Below the pieces are notes generated by a model, which saw only the letters and a list, made by a program, of their open reading frames with translations, was not told the origin of the DNA and made no database searches. From the human T2T-CHM13v2.0 reference genome, Homo sapiens: a stretch of 64,000 bases of DNA. This document shows, in pieces, positions 28,091-48,940 of the stretch (position 1 is its first letter; the number at the start of each line of letters is the position of its first letter). The DNA lies in the NCBI RefSeq assembly GCF_009914755.1, contig NC_060929.1; one strand, 5' to 3'. The position numbers were made by a program, and so were the translations under genes.

Positions 28091-28203
28091 CTCCTTCTCT
28101 TTTCTCTCTTTCCCTCTATAGCCACTGCTCCTTCTCTTTTCTCTCTTTCCCTCTATAGCCACTGCTCCTTCTCTTTTCTCTCTTTCCCTCTATAGCCACT
28201 GCT
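28091..28203. repeat. 37-bp minisatellite, 3 perfect copies
   Basis: CTCCTTCTCTTTTCTCTCTTTCCCTCTATAGCCACTG at 28091, 28128 and 28165. Confidence 0.95.
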
Positions 28204-28237
28204 TTGCTTAGGAATCTCGTAAGTCTTATAACCCAAA

Positions 28238-31200
28238 CCCCTACCCTTCCCAGCATCTACTAATAACTGTTTTAGCCCCTACTTCTGTGAGATCAACTAT
28301 TTTAACTTTCACAAATAAGTGAGAACATATAGTATTTATGTTTCAATGCCTGGTTTATTTCACTTAACATAGTGTTCTCCAAGCTCATCCATGTTGCTGA
28401 GAATGACAAGTTTTTTTTTAATCACTAAATTGTATTCTATTGTTAATATATGTCACCTTTTCTTTATTCATCTGTTGATGTATACTTAGGCTGATTCCAC
28501 ATCTTAACTATTGTGAATAGTGCTTCAATAAACATAGAAGTGCAGATATTTCTTTGACATATTGATTTTCTTTGTTTTGGATTTATTCCCAGTATTGGGA
28601 TTGCTGGATCATATAGTAGTTAAATTTTTAGTTTTTTTTTTAAAGGAACTTTCGTACTGTTTTCCATAATAGCTGCGCTAATGTACATTTCCACCAACAG
28701 TCTTCAAGAATTCCCCTTTCCATTCTCAACAGTATTTGTTATTTTTTGTCTTTTTGTTAGCCATTCTAACTAGCATGAGATGATACCTCATTGTAGTTTT
28801 GATTTGCATTCCTGATGATTAGTGATGCTGAGCATTTTTATTCACATACCTATTGACCATTTGTATGTCTTCTTTTGAAAAATGTGTATTCAGTTCATTG
28901 TCCCATTATAAAATTGAATTATTTGGGTTTTATTTTGATATTGAGTTGTTTTGAGTTCGTTGTATATTCTGGTTATTAATTTCAAATGAAGAGTTTCTAA
29001 GTATTTTTCTTACTATACAGGTTGCCTCTTCCCTCTGTTGTTTCCTTTGCTTTACAGAAGTTTTTAGTTTGATATAATCCCATTTGTCTATTTTTGCTTT
29101 CGTTGCCTCTGCTTTTAAGGTCATTTCCAGGAAGTCCTTGTTCCAGACTAATGTCCTGAAGCATTTTAATTTTTTTCTAGTAGTTTCATAGACTTGGGTC
29201 TAACATTAAAGTTTTATCTATTTTGAGTTGATATTTATATACGGAGAGAAATTAGCATCAAGTTTCATTGTTCTGCATGTGGATATCCAGTTTTCTCAGC
29301 ATCATTTATTGAAGAGACTGGACTTTCCAGTCTCATTTAGTTAATGTTCTTGGAGGCTTTGTTGAAAATCAGTTGGCTGTAAACATGTGGAATTATTTCT
29401 GGGTTCTTTACTCTATTCTGTTGGTCTATGTGTCTGTTTTTATGTCAGTACCATGCTGTTTTGGTTATGTAGCATTATAGTATATTTTGTAGTCAGGTCG
29501 TATGATGCCTCCAGCTTTGTTGTTGTTGTTGTTGTTGTTGTTGTTTTCTCAGGATTGCTTTGGCTATTTGGGGTCTTTTGTGGTTCCATATTAATTTTAG
29601 TATGTTTTTCTATTTCTGTAAAAAATGTCATTGGTATTTTGATAGAGATTGCATTAAATCTGTAGATTACCTTTGGAAATATGGTCATTTTTCACAATAT
29701 TTATTTTTCCAATTCATTAACATGGGATGTGTTTCCACTGTTTTGTGTCCTTTTTAATTTCTTCCATTAGTGTTTTATAATATTCTTTGTAGAAATGTTT
29801 CAACTCTGTGGTTAAATTTTATTTCTATGTATTTTTATTTTGCAGCTATTGTAATTGAAATTGTTTTCTTGATATTTTTCCTGCTAGTTAGCTGTTGGTG
29901 TATAGAAATGCTACTAAATTTTGTGTGTTGATTTTGCATCCAGCAACTTTACTGAATTTGGTTATTAGTTCTAAGGTTTTTTGGTGGAGTTTTTAGGGTT
30001 TTCTTATATATATAATTATGTTGTCTGCAAACAAGGACACTTTGACTTTCTCTTTTCCAATTTAGATTCCCTATATTTCATTGTTTTGCATCATTGTTTT
30101 GACTAGAACTTCAAGTACTATGTTGAGTAATAGTAGTGAAAGTGGGCATACATGTCTTGTTCTAGTTATTAGAGGAAAGATGTTTGATGTTTGTTGTTGT
30201 GTGATGTATGATGCATATGTATCATATATGGCCTTTATTGTGTTAAAGTACATTCCTTCTATACCTCATTTATTGATAATTTTTATTATGAAATAATGTT
30301 GCATTTTATTAAATACATTTCCTTCATCTATTGAGATGATCATATTATTTTTACCCTTCAGATCTCCTGGATAAATCCCACTTGATCATGGTAAAAAATC
30401 TTTTTAATGTGCTGTTGTATTCAGTTTGTTAGTATTTTGTTGAGGATTTTTGCATCTGTGTTCATCAGAGATATTGGCCTATAGCTTCTTTTTTTGTTGT
30501 GTAATTGTCTAGTTTAGGTATCAGAGAATGTTGGCCCTAAAAATGAGTGTGAGGGAATTCCCTCCTCTTCAGTTTTTGAAGAGTTTAAGAATTAATATTA
30601 ATTTTTCTTTATATGTTTGATAGAATTCGGCAGTGATTCCACCAAGTCCTGGGATTTTATTTGATGAGATACTTTTTATCACTGATTTAATCTTGTAACT
30701 TGGAATTGGTCTGCTCAGCTTTTCTATTTCTTCTTGGTTCAATCTTGATAGGTGTACATGCCTGGGAATTTATTCATTTTCTCCATGTTTTCCAATTTAT
30801 TGATGTGCAGTTGTTCATAATAGTCTCTAATGATTCTTCATATTTCTGTGGTGTCATTGGTAATGTTTCCTTTTTCATTTGTGATTTGAGTATTTTCTCT
30901 TTTTTCTTAGTTTGTCTAGCTAATGGTTTTTCAATTTTGTTTATCTTTTCAAGAATCCAATATTTCCTTTTCTTGATGTTTTGTATTGTTCATTTAGTCT
31001 CAATTTCATTTAGTTCTTCTCTATTCTTTATTATTTCTTTCTTTCTACTAATTTGGGGTTTGGTTTGTTGTTTTTGCTTTTCTAGTTCTTTGAGATGCAT
31101 TGTTAGGTTATTAGAAATCTTTCTGCTTTTTGATGTAGGCATTTATTGCTATAAATTCTCCTCTTAATTTTGCTTTTGCTGTATCCCATAGGTTTTGGTA

Positions 31201-31950
31201 CAGATGTTTTGGTTTTTATTTGTTTCAGGAAATTTTTTAATTTTTTTTCTTGATTTCTTCCTTGATCCATTGATTATTCAGGAGCATGTCATTTAATTGA
31301 CATTTAATTTGTATAGTTTCAAATGTTTCTCTTGTTGATTTCCGGTTTTGTTCCATTGTGGTCAGAAAAAAAGATACAATTTCAGTTTTATTATACTTGT
31401 TGAAACTTGTTTTGTGATCTAACATATGGTTTGCCGTGGAGTATATTTTGTATGCTGATGAAAACAATGTGTATTCTGCAGGTGTTGGATGAAACATTCT
31501 GTAAATATTTGTTAGGTCCATTTGGTGTCAAGTGCAGTATAAATTCTATGTTTCTTTATTGATTTTCTGTATAGATGATCTGTCCAATGCTGAGAGTAAG
31601 ATGTTGAAGTCCTAGCTATGACTGTATTGAAGCCTATCTTTCCCTTTAGATCTAATCATATTTGTTTTATGTATCTCGGTGCTCTGCTGTGGGATGCATA
31701 TATATTTAAAATTGTTAATATCTTGCTGAATTAATTACTTTATGTAATAACCTTCTTTGTCTCTTTTTGCAGTTTTTGGCTTAAAGTCAGTTTTATCTGA
31801 CATAGATATAGCTACTCGTGTTTGCTTTTGGTTTCCCTTTGCATGGAATACTTTTTCTGTCCCTTCATTTTTAGTCTATAGGAAGCATATAGGTGCTTAA
31901 TACATTTTTTAATTCATTTGGCAGGCTCTTATCTTTTAAATGGGGAATTT
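28238..31950 (-). mobile_element. L1MA-type LINE-1 (degraded ORF2 plus part of the 3' UTR)
   Basis: Minus ORF fragments [38 protein letters not shown]-like, PLSLLLLNIVLEVL and MDLTNIYRMFHP (EN domain); (GTT)n at 29517-29544. Confidence 0.92.
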
Positions 31951-33299
31951 AATCTTTTGTCCCTTTTGTCCAATTTTAAACAGTCACTTTATATATTTTT
32001 CTTATTTTTGGAGGGCTAGGCTAGTGCCAGTCACACCTCCATGGATAGGAATAAAGTCAAGTTTTATTTTCAGTAATCCCACAGAGGCTACAAAGCTTTG
32101 TGAAAACACTAAACATTTGTCTGTTCAGGCCCTTACCCTTAATTCTCTGTGTGTTTTATAGATATGAAATAACATAATAATTTGGTGATGAGAAAACATC
32201 AAAGAGCATCTCATGAACTACTTGCATTGATATATGGTCTTTCAAAATTAAATACTAAAGACTCACATTTGGCCTCTTAATAATCTTTCTATCTGATATG
32301 AAACTAAAGGTTTTCTTACATAATCTGGGAGAATAGATTATGTCAAGACCTTTACTATACTACTACATATAGAAAGACAATTTTTCTGGGCCTGATCAGT
32401 GGTTCTTTAGGTTATAAGTAAAACAGTTGTAATCAAGTAGGCCAGACGAAAAGTGTACATGAACACATATTTGCATATGTGTGCTTGTGTACATATACAC
32501 ACATATTTCTATTTGTATCAACACAAATACTTTTGTTTCTGTTTCTGCTTAGCAAATATATGCCTGTGTCTTTGCTTTTCTCCTAGTGAAATATCTCTCA
32601 ATTTTGCATTATAATTTTCCCATCTCACCTCAGCTACACAATCACTCATATGAATTTTGAGCTCTAAATTTGGTAGCAATATGTACACCTTATACTTTTA
32701 CTATATATTAATTTCTAAATAATAAGACAGTTGATTTTGGGGGCAGGGAGTGTGACTTAAAAATATCTGCTCTTTTTAATTTGTACTTACTCTATATCAC
32801 CTAGTTATCTTTCTTCTGCTTTCAACAATTTCGGATAGTGAATTTTCATTTAGAAATTATGTTTATGACCTAAATCCCACTGGGAAGTTATGCTAGTAAA
32901 TTATAGCCAGCATATTTTTGTCTGTTTTATTATTTTTTTAGTTTTGGAAATTCTGCTGATTTGACCACATTTTATGTAGTTAAGAACCATTGCTGTCAAG
33001 AAGTATTTGACAAAGTCTAATCTAAATTTCTCTTGAGCCATTTTGAAAACATGCACATATAATCCAAAATCTCATTATTATGAGCATTAGTCAGCTTATT
33101 TAAGTTCTGAATAAAGTAGTCTTAAGCTGAAGTCTGTCTTTATCCTTTTAAAAAAGAGATATTAACAAGCATTAGAAGAACCCTGAAGAGAAACCTAGTG
33201 TCTAATTCAATAAAATCTATCATATGTGGAAATCCTCTCAACCAGAAATTCAAAACACAATTTTTATTACTATACTTTATTCCTTAAAAATAGCAAATC

Positions 33300-33500
33300 A
33301 TGGAAGCTCAGGATCTAGAGACTTACTGCTGCAGTTTGATCCCTGCCTCTGTAACTTAGCTACTGTAGGACCATGGACAAGTTACTTATCCTCCCTGCAC
33401 TTAATTTTTTTTTTTCATATCTAAGATGAGGATGATAATGTACCTGTCTTCTCAGATTGTTCTGAAGATAAAATATGATAACAAACATAAAGTATGTTTA
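33300..33500 (+). mobile_element. MIR
   Basis: ACTTAGCTACTGTAGGACCATGGACAAGTTACTTATCCTC...AAGATGAGGATGATAATGTACC. Confidence 0.75.
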
Positions 33501-33799
33501 TAAAAATACTTGTAATTTCATAAACATTATAAAGTTAAACTCATTAACAAGCATGTTTCTAGCTCTCCAAAAAATAGTTTCTTATGTATAAAATACTAAT
33601 CTGAGCATTTTATATGCTGTATAATCCTTATAAATGCTAAATATCATTAGTTTTTTTGCAGAAGGCATACCAGGACTCAAAGATTTAAAAATATGTCCAG
33701 ATTCTAATGAAAATATTAGAACTAACATTTTACATAAGAATGAAAAAATATAAAATAACTAAAATAAAGAACTCAAAGCAGGGGCTAACAGTAGATTTC

Positions 33800-34632
33800 A
33801 TCACATCTGTGATTTCTAGGTCTACTTCTATTTATGAAGTTATCTCCTGGTTAAAGGATTATTTTTCAGCTTTGCAATTCTAATAATTTTATTATATACT
33901 GGACATTATGAATCATAAGTATTTGAATGTCTAGATTTTGTTATTTTGTTTTATTAATGATTTCGGGGGGCATTGTTTCTGTGAGCGGTTAATTTGCTTG
34001 CATATAATTTGTTTCTTTTAAGAGCTGTTTAAAGTTTCTGTAAGGAGGATCTAAAACAGCCATTAATTTGGCACTATATTAGATTTACACAAAACATACG
34101 GTTTTTATAAGATCTCTCCCTATGCCCTGAGTATTCAGCAAGGTCTCCCTTAGTCCTTTGTATTCATGCTCTTGTAGTTATTCAGATTCTTCCTCCAGTA
34201 TTTATTTTTTCATTGGCCATTGGGAGTCTTGTCCTGCAGAAGTGAAGCTTAATATTTGGCTAAATATTCAAGCAGACTGTCTGTGAAGATTTATGGAAGT
34301 CTTGCACGGCACAACTCGCTTCTTTCCCGCAATCATCCCAATCATTCCAACTGTTTCACTACCCTCGAACCCCACTTTCTGTCTCCTCAATTCAGTGAGA
34401 CTGCCATACTCTTCTTTGCAACTCCCCACTACTACCACCTCCAAAAATTGTCTCTAGGAAGAAAGCCAAAGCAATCATGGAGCTTAAGTGTCTCTCGAAG
34501 CTCTCAGTTCAGTATTGTCTGTTGTACAACCTCTGAAGCAAGTTATTACATATACTTTGCCCAGCTTTACAGTTATTTATGGTGGGGGAATATGTTCAAT
34601 ACCAGTTACCCATCAAATTTAGAAGTGGAAGT
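33800..34632 (-). mobile_element. Old L1M 5'-end fragment
   Basis: TCTGTCTCCTCAATTCAGTGAGACTGCC and CCAGTTACCCATC...AGAAGTGGAAGT motifs typical of antisense L1ME/L1M 5' ends. Confidence 0.55.
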
Positions 34633-35082
34633 ATATATTATTAGTGTTTTTACAAATATTTTTCTCTTGTTTATTTTACGTTGATTACTTACTCATATGT
34701 TACTATTGCTCCTTAAATATAAATAATTTGGGTGAAGATAACAGTGTAGTTTAAAAGTTTGTAAGAGGCATTCAGTTTTGTCTCTAATAACTCATAGCCT
34801 AGTTCATGTTTCTTTTGATATTTACAACCGATTGTAAACACATGTGTGTATTCACATGTGTGTGTGTGTTTAACTGAAAGATGAAATAATAACTTTGAGA
34901 GCTTCAAATACTTACAGTCTATGCAAAAGAAAACTGTAAGTTTGTTTCCCTTGGTCATTGTGATATTGTGCTCCTGAATTTTCATTATGTGTGGGATTTT
35001 TACCATGCTTACCTAGAAACAAAAAAGCAATAAATGCAACATGAGCTTTGAATTCATTGTATTTTATTTGTTTTTCATTCGT

Positions 35083-35531
35083 TCTTCTTTTCTTCCTTTC
35101 CTCCCTCCCTTTTTCTTTCTTTCCTCTCTTTCCTTCCTTTCCTTCCTTTCCTTGCTTTTCTTGCTTTCCTTTCTTTCCTTCCTTTCCTTCCTTTTCTCTT
35201 TTCTCTTTCTTTCCTTCCTTCTTTTTCTTTTTTTTCCTATTTTCTTTCTTTAGTTTTTTCTTTTCTTTCTTCTTTCCTTCCTTCCTTTCCTTTGTTTTCC
35301 CTCCCTCCCTCCTTCTCTTTCTTTTCTTTCTTCCTTTCTTTCTTCCTTCCTTCCTTTCCTTTCCTTTCCTTTTTTCTTTTCTTTCTTTACTTTTTTCTTT
35401 TTCTTTTTTTCTTTCTTCTTTCCTTCCTTTCTTTTCCTTCTTTTTCTTTTCTTCTTTCTTTCTCTTTCTCTCTCTCTCTTTTTCCCTATTTTTTCTCTCT
35501 TTTCTTTATTTCTTTCTTTCTTCCTTTTTTT
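35083..35531. repeat. ~450-bp polypyrimidine (CT-rich) low-complexity tract
   Basis: Mix of TTTC/TTCC/CT units with very few purines; continuous with the tail of the adjacent Alu. Confidence 0.95.
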
Positions 35532-35795
35532 GAGACAGGGTCTCTTTCTGCCTCCCAGGTTGGAGTGCAATGGTGCAATCTTGGCTCACTGCTACCTCTG
35601 CTTCCTGGGCTCAATTGGTCCTTCTGCCTCAGCCTCCTGAGTAGCTAGGACCACCACCAGGCCTGGCTAATTTTTTGTAGAGATGGGATTTTGTCATGTT
35701 GCCCAGGCTGGTCTTGAACTCTTTGGCTTCAGAGATCCATCTGCCTCAACTTCCCAAATTGGTGGGGGTACAGGCGTGAGGCACTGCACCTGGCC
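35525..35795 (-). mobile_element. AluJ
   Basis: GAGACAGGGTCTC...GGCTCAATTGGTCCTTCTGCCTCAGCC...GCACCTGGCC; J-type features. Confidence 0.9.
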
Positions 35796-36199
35796 TCCAT
35801 AGATTTTTTTTTCTGTCATATAATAAAAAATATTATTCGTGACTGAAAGAATTTTTGTATCCTTCATTTTTCTCATTAGTTTTCAAATCAGCAGAATTAG
35901 AACATGAGTGAAGAGAATGAAGCTACAAATTAAAATAAGATAAAACATAGAAGTAAAAACCCTTTAACATTGTTAAAACAGAAAAAGTTTGATGCTTACT
36001 AATGTTCCAATATGAAAATAATATAACATCATCACCAGAATTAATCTGTTCCCTGAGTCGCACTATTGCTTTCAGATGATATATTGATGCTTTCACAGAA
36101 GTAAAATGCCATTTTCTAAGAGATATACAAATTTAGAGGATGTGATTCACTCATCTATTCAGGAGATGGTAAGAAACTTCCCTGGGCTTTATACAATCA

Positions 36200-36340
36200 A
36201 CTGTTGTCTTGGAACCACTTCCCCTTAACACCTGAGAAACTTGAAGCAAATTGCTTAATCCCTCTAGGTCTCTGTTTTCTTATTCATACAATGGGGGATA
36301 GTAAAGTATTACATTTTAAGATTATTGGACAATTTCATTA
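36200..36340 (+). mobile_element. MIR
   Basis: TTGAAGCAAATTGCTTAATCCCTCTAGGTCTCTGTTTTCTTATTCATACAATGGGGGATAGTAA. Confidence 0.65.
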
Positions 36341-36607
36341 TATTTAATCTTTATCATATTTAATATGAAAATCATTTAAAAGGCATGGGGTTTTCAGGCT
36401 GTAACAATTTCAGTTTTCTCCATTCTCCTTAATAATCTTGTGCCTTTTCCTATATTCTTAGTTCCCGGGTGATATAGGTCTAAGATCTTTAGAAGTTGCT
36501 AAGCTGTGGCTACCATTAGTCTTCTGGCATATACTTGATGCCCTCTTACCCACCCCCACCCCTCATGCTTTAGATATCTCCTCTAATTAATACCTCTACC
36601 CAGTTTT

Positions 36608-37037
36608 TGATTAGGTATATATTTATTTCTATGTAACAAATCACTTCAGAGTTTAGTAATTTAAAACTATAACAGTCATTATTTCCTACAATATTGTGCA
36701 CCAGGTATTTAAACAGGGTTCAGGTGGAGGATTGCAGAACTGGAGTCAATCATCTGTCTGGTGTTTCAGTGCTATGCCACGTGGCCTCTTCCTTTCCAAT
36801 AGGGAGGTCTGGCCTGAACTTTCTTAAAGCATGGGTGGCCTCTAAGAGAATTCCAAGAGAACATACCCCAATGTGCAAGTGATTATTAATGCTCGGCTTA
36901 CGTCATGCTTGCTACTATACCATTGGCCATGGAAGTCATATGGTCAAGCTCAATAACAATGTCTGGTGTCACTTATAAGAGCATAAGTACCAGGAGACAT
37001 GGTTTATTGTCAGCCAGCAATGAAATAGTCTGCCATA
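36608..37037 (-). mobile_element. MLT1G/H-like MaLR LTR
   Basis: TGTAACAAATCAC..AGTAATTTAAAAC..., CCATTGGCCATGGAAGTCATATGGTCAAGCTC, ends AGTCTGCCATA. Confidence 0.65.
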
Positions 37038-37627
37038 GTGGCTATCATGGGAAATAAATAGTGTGAAAGTTAATAGCTTTTATAAATAACCCTTATACTG
37101 TAATTCAGTAACTCTTAAAATACTGTCCAAAGATGTCCAAGAGTTCAAAGGCAGCAGCTTAAAAATCCTGATGTAATTCATTGTACGAATTAGAACACTG
37201 TGTTGTAACATTTGAGGAAATACCTTTTTAATGAGAAACAAAGTGAATCACAATATAAAACTATCCTTTTCTCTCCTTGAAGACAGTGGGATGCTCTAGA
37301 ATCTCAGAAAGAGAAGTCTAGTATTGGGTCTATTAAATTTATTTAGCTTATTAACAAGTGTTTATTTTTCTGGGCCTCAGTTTCCTTTTCTATAAAGTTA
37401 GACATTTGTACTGATGGTCACAAGGAACACTTCCAGCTCTGCATTTTCATGTGTTTATTAGTCTTAGTGAAATGGCTAAAGTGGTTTGAAAATGGTTTAC
37501 AGTCTTCCTCAGGCAGTAGTAATGGGAAGTAATACTCTCTGGTTTTCTTTTGCCTTTCTGTGAAACGCTTATTTCACTATCAACAACCTTTGCATGAAAG
37601 AAGTTTCCGGTCACAGCTGGCCTCACT

Positions 37628-37706
37628 CAGCAGCACAATTTGCAATTGCAGAATCCTTCAACCAACCCAAATGCCCATCAAGAAATAAGTGGATAAAGAA
37701 ACTGTG

Positions 37707-37755
<49 letters not shown>

Positions 37756-38103
37756 GGAATACTACTCAGCCATAAAAAGGAATGAATTAATGGCATTTGC
37801 AGTGACCAGCATGAGATTGGAGACTGTTATTCTAAGTGAAGTAACTCAGGAATGGAAAACCAAATATTGTATGTTCTCACTGATATGTGGGAGCTAAGCT
37901 GTCGGTTAACAAAGGCATAAGAATTATACAATGAACTTTGGGGACTTGAGAGGAAGGATGAAAAGGGGGAGAGGGATAAAAGACTACAAATAAGGTACAG
38001 TGTACACTGCTTGGGTGATGGGTGCACCAAAATCTCACAAATCACCACTAAAGAACTTATGTAATCAAATACCACTTGTAACCCATAACCTATGGGAAAA
38101 AAA
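37628..38103 (+). mobile_element. L1PB1-like 3' end with (CA)n microsatellite at 37709-37753
   Basis: CTAAGTGAAGTAACTCAGGAATGGAAAACCAAA, GGTGATGGGTGCACCAAAATCTCACAAATCACCACTAAAGAACTTA. Confidence 0.88.
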
Positions 38104-38115
38104 GCAAAGCTAGTA

Positions 38116-38551
38116 CTATTGACCCTTAACAATGTGGCAGTTAAAAGTGCTGATCTCTGTCTGCACAGTTGAAAATCCACATATTGCTTTGACTCCACAA
38201 AAACTTAACTACTAGTAGGCTATTGTTGATCAGAAGCCTTACCAATAACATAAACAGCAGATTAATACATATTTCGTGTATGTATGACATAATGTATCCT
38301 CACAATAGAGTAAGCTAGAGAAAAGAAAATGTGATTAAGAAAATCATAAGAAGGAGAAAATACATTTGTTATTCCTTAAGTGGAAGTGGATCATTGTAAA
38401 GATCATCCTCGTTATCTTCATGGTGAATGGCTGAATAAAACGAGAAAGAGGAGGGGTTGGTCTTGCTGTCTCAGGGATGGCAGAGGTGGAAGAAAATCCC
38501 TGTGTAAGTGGACTCATGCAATTCAAACCTGTGATATTCAGAAATCAACTG
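38116..38551 (-). mobile_element. Tigger2a (MER28) DNA transposon
   Basis: TIRs C(T)ATTGACCCTT... / ...TCAACTG flanked by TA TSDs; GGGGTTGGTCTTGCTGTCTCAGGGATGGCAGAGGTGGAAGAAAATCC internal match. Confidence 0.88.
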
Positions 38552-38622
38552 TATTATTTACATATTTAATTTTGAGGGGCTATAGTCAACCAAAAACAAT
38601 TTTTCTAATCAAAAGTCATTTA

Positions 38623-38928
<306 letters not shown>

Positions 38929-39102
38929 TCATTTATTTAAATATTCTACCGTCTTTCCATTCATTGATACATTCATTTATCTATCCATCCATCCATCTAT
39001 TTACTAAATAATTACTAGATACAAGAAAATTCCATAACAAATATGATAAGGATTAATACAGGATCTGAAAATTGATGACTGCAGCATTTTACTTGGCTAT
39101 AA

Positions 39103-39435
<333 letters not shown>

Positions 39436-40701
39436 TAAGAGCATTTTTAAATATTATACATATATTTCAGAACTTAGGCTTTTTATATCTCAACCTTATG
39501 CTAGGTTACTTCCTATATTTGTGATGCTTGTCTGGCCCTGAACGCATTTAAGTTTATGGGAACCACAGGATAAGTTATTATTATCTATTAAAAATGTAAT
39601 ATATTATCTTTTTTTTCTTACGGGAAAAAAAGTTTGTTTTCTTTAAAATTAACAATTTTATCAGGAAGTGAAGCTGCGCCTTTACATTAAGGCTTGAGGA
39701 GGAGAAAGGCTGTTAGGGACTTGAGGGGCACAAGTGAGGAGTCTAGTGGGTGTTCTAGGGTTAGGGAGGTTTAGAGATAAAATTAACTCTAGATATTTAG
39801 ATGATACTTGATTTTTGATTTTGGTAAACCATGACAACTTAGGGCAAGAGCCATGAAAAAAATTATAGTTTATTTTTTGGGGGAAGGGAGAGTTAAACTT
39901 TAACCCAACTTATTGGTGATAAAGAAAAGTAATTATTTATTTGAGAACTAGGCCATGGATCCTGCCAAATTATTTGTCTATTATTGTTACATTACTGATG
40001 CCTATAGAATTTTCCAAATTTATTCCTATTTTTTCTTTCTCTCTGATATAGCCCTTATCTCAACAATACTTTTTGAAAATAATTTCAGTTGGATGATGGA
40101 AGGAATTGTATAGAAATGAACAGATTGTGTAAGAATTAATGGGAAAGTCAAGGTAGACTTATTAGGCAGTTATGATTAATAAGGATGCCTTCATTATTTT
40201 AGAAAGAATTGAATAAAATATCAAAATTAAACCCAGACCCAGTGTATATAATATCTTAAAACAGGTTCTAAGAAATGGATACCTTGACAATACTCTCACA
40301 TCTGTATTCACTTCTATTTAAAACAGTTCTGTTTAAATTTTTAAGATTTTTAAATACAAGTAGTAGAAAATATTGAACATTTTCCCTAGATGAATAACTC
40401 AAAGACAGGTAGCTTCATGGCCAATAGTCAAATTATGCCCTGGCAAGACGGCATTATCCCTTGACTCCCACAGACACAACTCCTCAGGCCTATTAGCTTT
40501 TCAATAACTTATAAAGATATTGGAGACTTAAAAATTATGGGCTCTAAAATACTGAAAGAAAGGCAGGTATTCAAAATGGATTAATACTTTTAAAAGGCCA
40601 CAAAAATAGTGGTTATACCTAGTTGGTTGCAATTACTGTATGTTTAGATGGTTGCACAGACAAAATATTTAGTGAGGATATAAAGACATCTTGATGTATA
40701 A

Positions 40702-41098
<397 letters not shown>

Positions 41099-41957
41099 TC
41101 TTCTATCATTCTTATAATATCCTCCTCCTTTGTGCTTTTCTTCCTCTTCCACCCTACTTCTCAATTTAGGCAATTGGTTGAAGGCAAAGCAATTTCCTGC
41201 ATTGTAAGATGGATAGCAAGGCCATTTTCCACTCATGACAAATAAAATAATTTAGTACAAATTCCTTTGAGCTTTAAAAAATGAATAGCATGGTCTGTTT
41301 TCAAATGTTATATATCCATTAAAGACTATTCTATCTAAGTTCTTTTCCTTAACTTCCCTAATTGGATAAGGTATTTTATTAGAGGCTATATGAGTAAGAG
41401 GTGCTGTTGCTTACTTAATGATATCCACCTATCATTTGGTTTTTTGGAAATATTTTCAGGACAGTGAAGACTTTTAAAGCAGAAACACACATTATCACAT
41501 TTGGACAACCACTGGAAGCTTTTGGGGAATGACAAGGAGAACATATTCTCATATTCTGCTGAGTTTATTCAGAGATTTAGTTTACACTTTTGTTTCTAAA
41601 CATACAACTGATGAGAAATAAAATATATATTTTTAAGGGTAGATAATCTGATAATGGCAATCAATGTAAAAGAACTTTAGCAGCAGGGCTTTTAAGATTC
41701 ATGGGAAACAAAATAGATTTAACCATGGAAACTGAGTTCATATTTCTCTGAAACTGACTGACAATTTCTTTTCTCTTAAGTGATTTTTCTACCATGAAAA
41801 AAAAAATTCTTCTAAATTTAGCATGATTTATTATTAGTCCAATGTAGTTAAAGACAATATTTATAAATTTTGAACTAAGTCCCTGTTTCTATCAAAATGT
41901 AAAATCTCTGGCAATATCAATACTTTTTAAATCATTCACTGAAGATGTCATACAAGG

Positions 41958-44654
<2,697 letters not shown>

Positions 44655-45779
44655 CAAGGTTATTCACAAACCTTTATTTTGAAATGATAGACGCAATATC
44701 TTCATTTGAAATGCTAGTGAGATGGGTAATTTCTAATAATTTACAGGCTTTCATATATCATATGCTCAGTGAATATGCTATAAAATAATCTTCAGTTTAA
44801 CAGTTGATGTTGCAATCACTGCATTAAATAAAATAGTCATTGCATTTTCACACAGTTTGCTCAAAACCACTGAGCATGGAGTAGTGTGGTCTAAAAATTC
44901 ATCAATAAATCATAGCCATCTTACTGTATCCAGTTAAAGTATGATTATCTAATTTTTGAGATATAGGGACTTCTCTGGAGGTATTCTTAATTCCCTAAGA
45001 ATTAAAAGTAGAAAGGTATCACTATATATAGAGTAGATCGAGTATGCCCACACAGAGATCTTTTTAAGCATATGCAGATAGGCTGCTAACCTGTTATGAT
45101 AAAAAACTCAATTTGGTTAGATTGGCTGCAAAACTGATACTGGATAAGATGTCAATGCAATATAGCATTGGGACAAAGATGACTTGGGTAATACATGTCT
45201 CAGATTCAGTAAGGTGCAGAGATCAGATTTTGATGTGATGTTTTCATTTGTTGATAAAGCCTGTCACTTAACAATATCTTTGAGCCTCATATTTATAATC
45301 TATGTAATGAAAATGATAACATATTTCATAAGATTGCTGAAATAACACAATGGATGTCAATAATGTAATAAATGATATGAAATGCTATTCAATATGGGTG
45401 GGAATCAATATTGTCAACTAGGACCCACAAGACAAAATGTGTACAAATATTTAGCAATAGTTTGTATTAAATAAAACATAAAAACTTAATAAATACTTGC
45501 TAAAATTAAGAATGTAGAATGATCAGTATATTATTAATCTTAGAATAAAAATTCATAAGAAAAGATCAAGAATACATGATCATTGAATCTCTTGCCCTCT
45601 TTCAGTTAACCTTCATCCTGAAAAATTAAAAATTAAGTTTATTAGAAAAAATGTACATATTAAGTTGAAAATAAGCCTTTTCTGTTAATCTGGTTTACTT
45701 GAATGTTAATCCTTTACTTAGATGGCTTTTAACTCTGTTGTATCATTTAGTAAAAATTGAACCACCCTATCTCCAACAG

Positions 45780-48940
<3,161 letters not shown>

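Noticed and set aside
28091-28203. 37-bp repeats as a CRISPR-like array
   Set aside because: No spacers between units; primate DNA; ordinary minisatellite
30700-31167. 155-aa hydrophobic ORF resembling a membrane protein
   Set aside because: T-rich antisense strand of L1MA ORF2
35041-35648. F/S/L-rich and K/R/E-rich ORFs
   Set aside because: Artefacts of the polypyrimidine tract lacking stop codons
41460-41535. Acceptor ATTTTCAG/G with short frame TVKTFKAETH...
   Set aside because: Stops within ~25 codons, no donor or homology recognised
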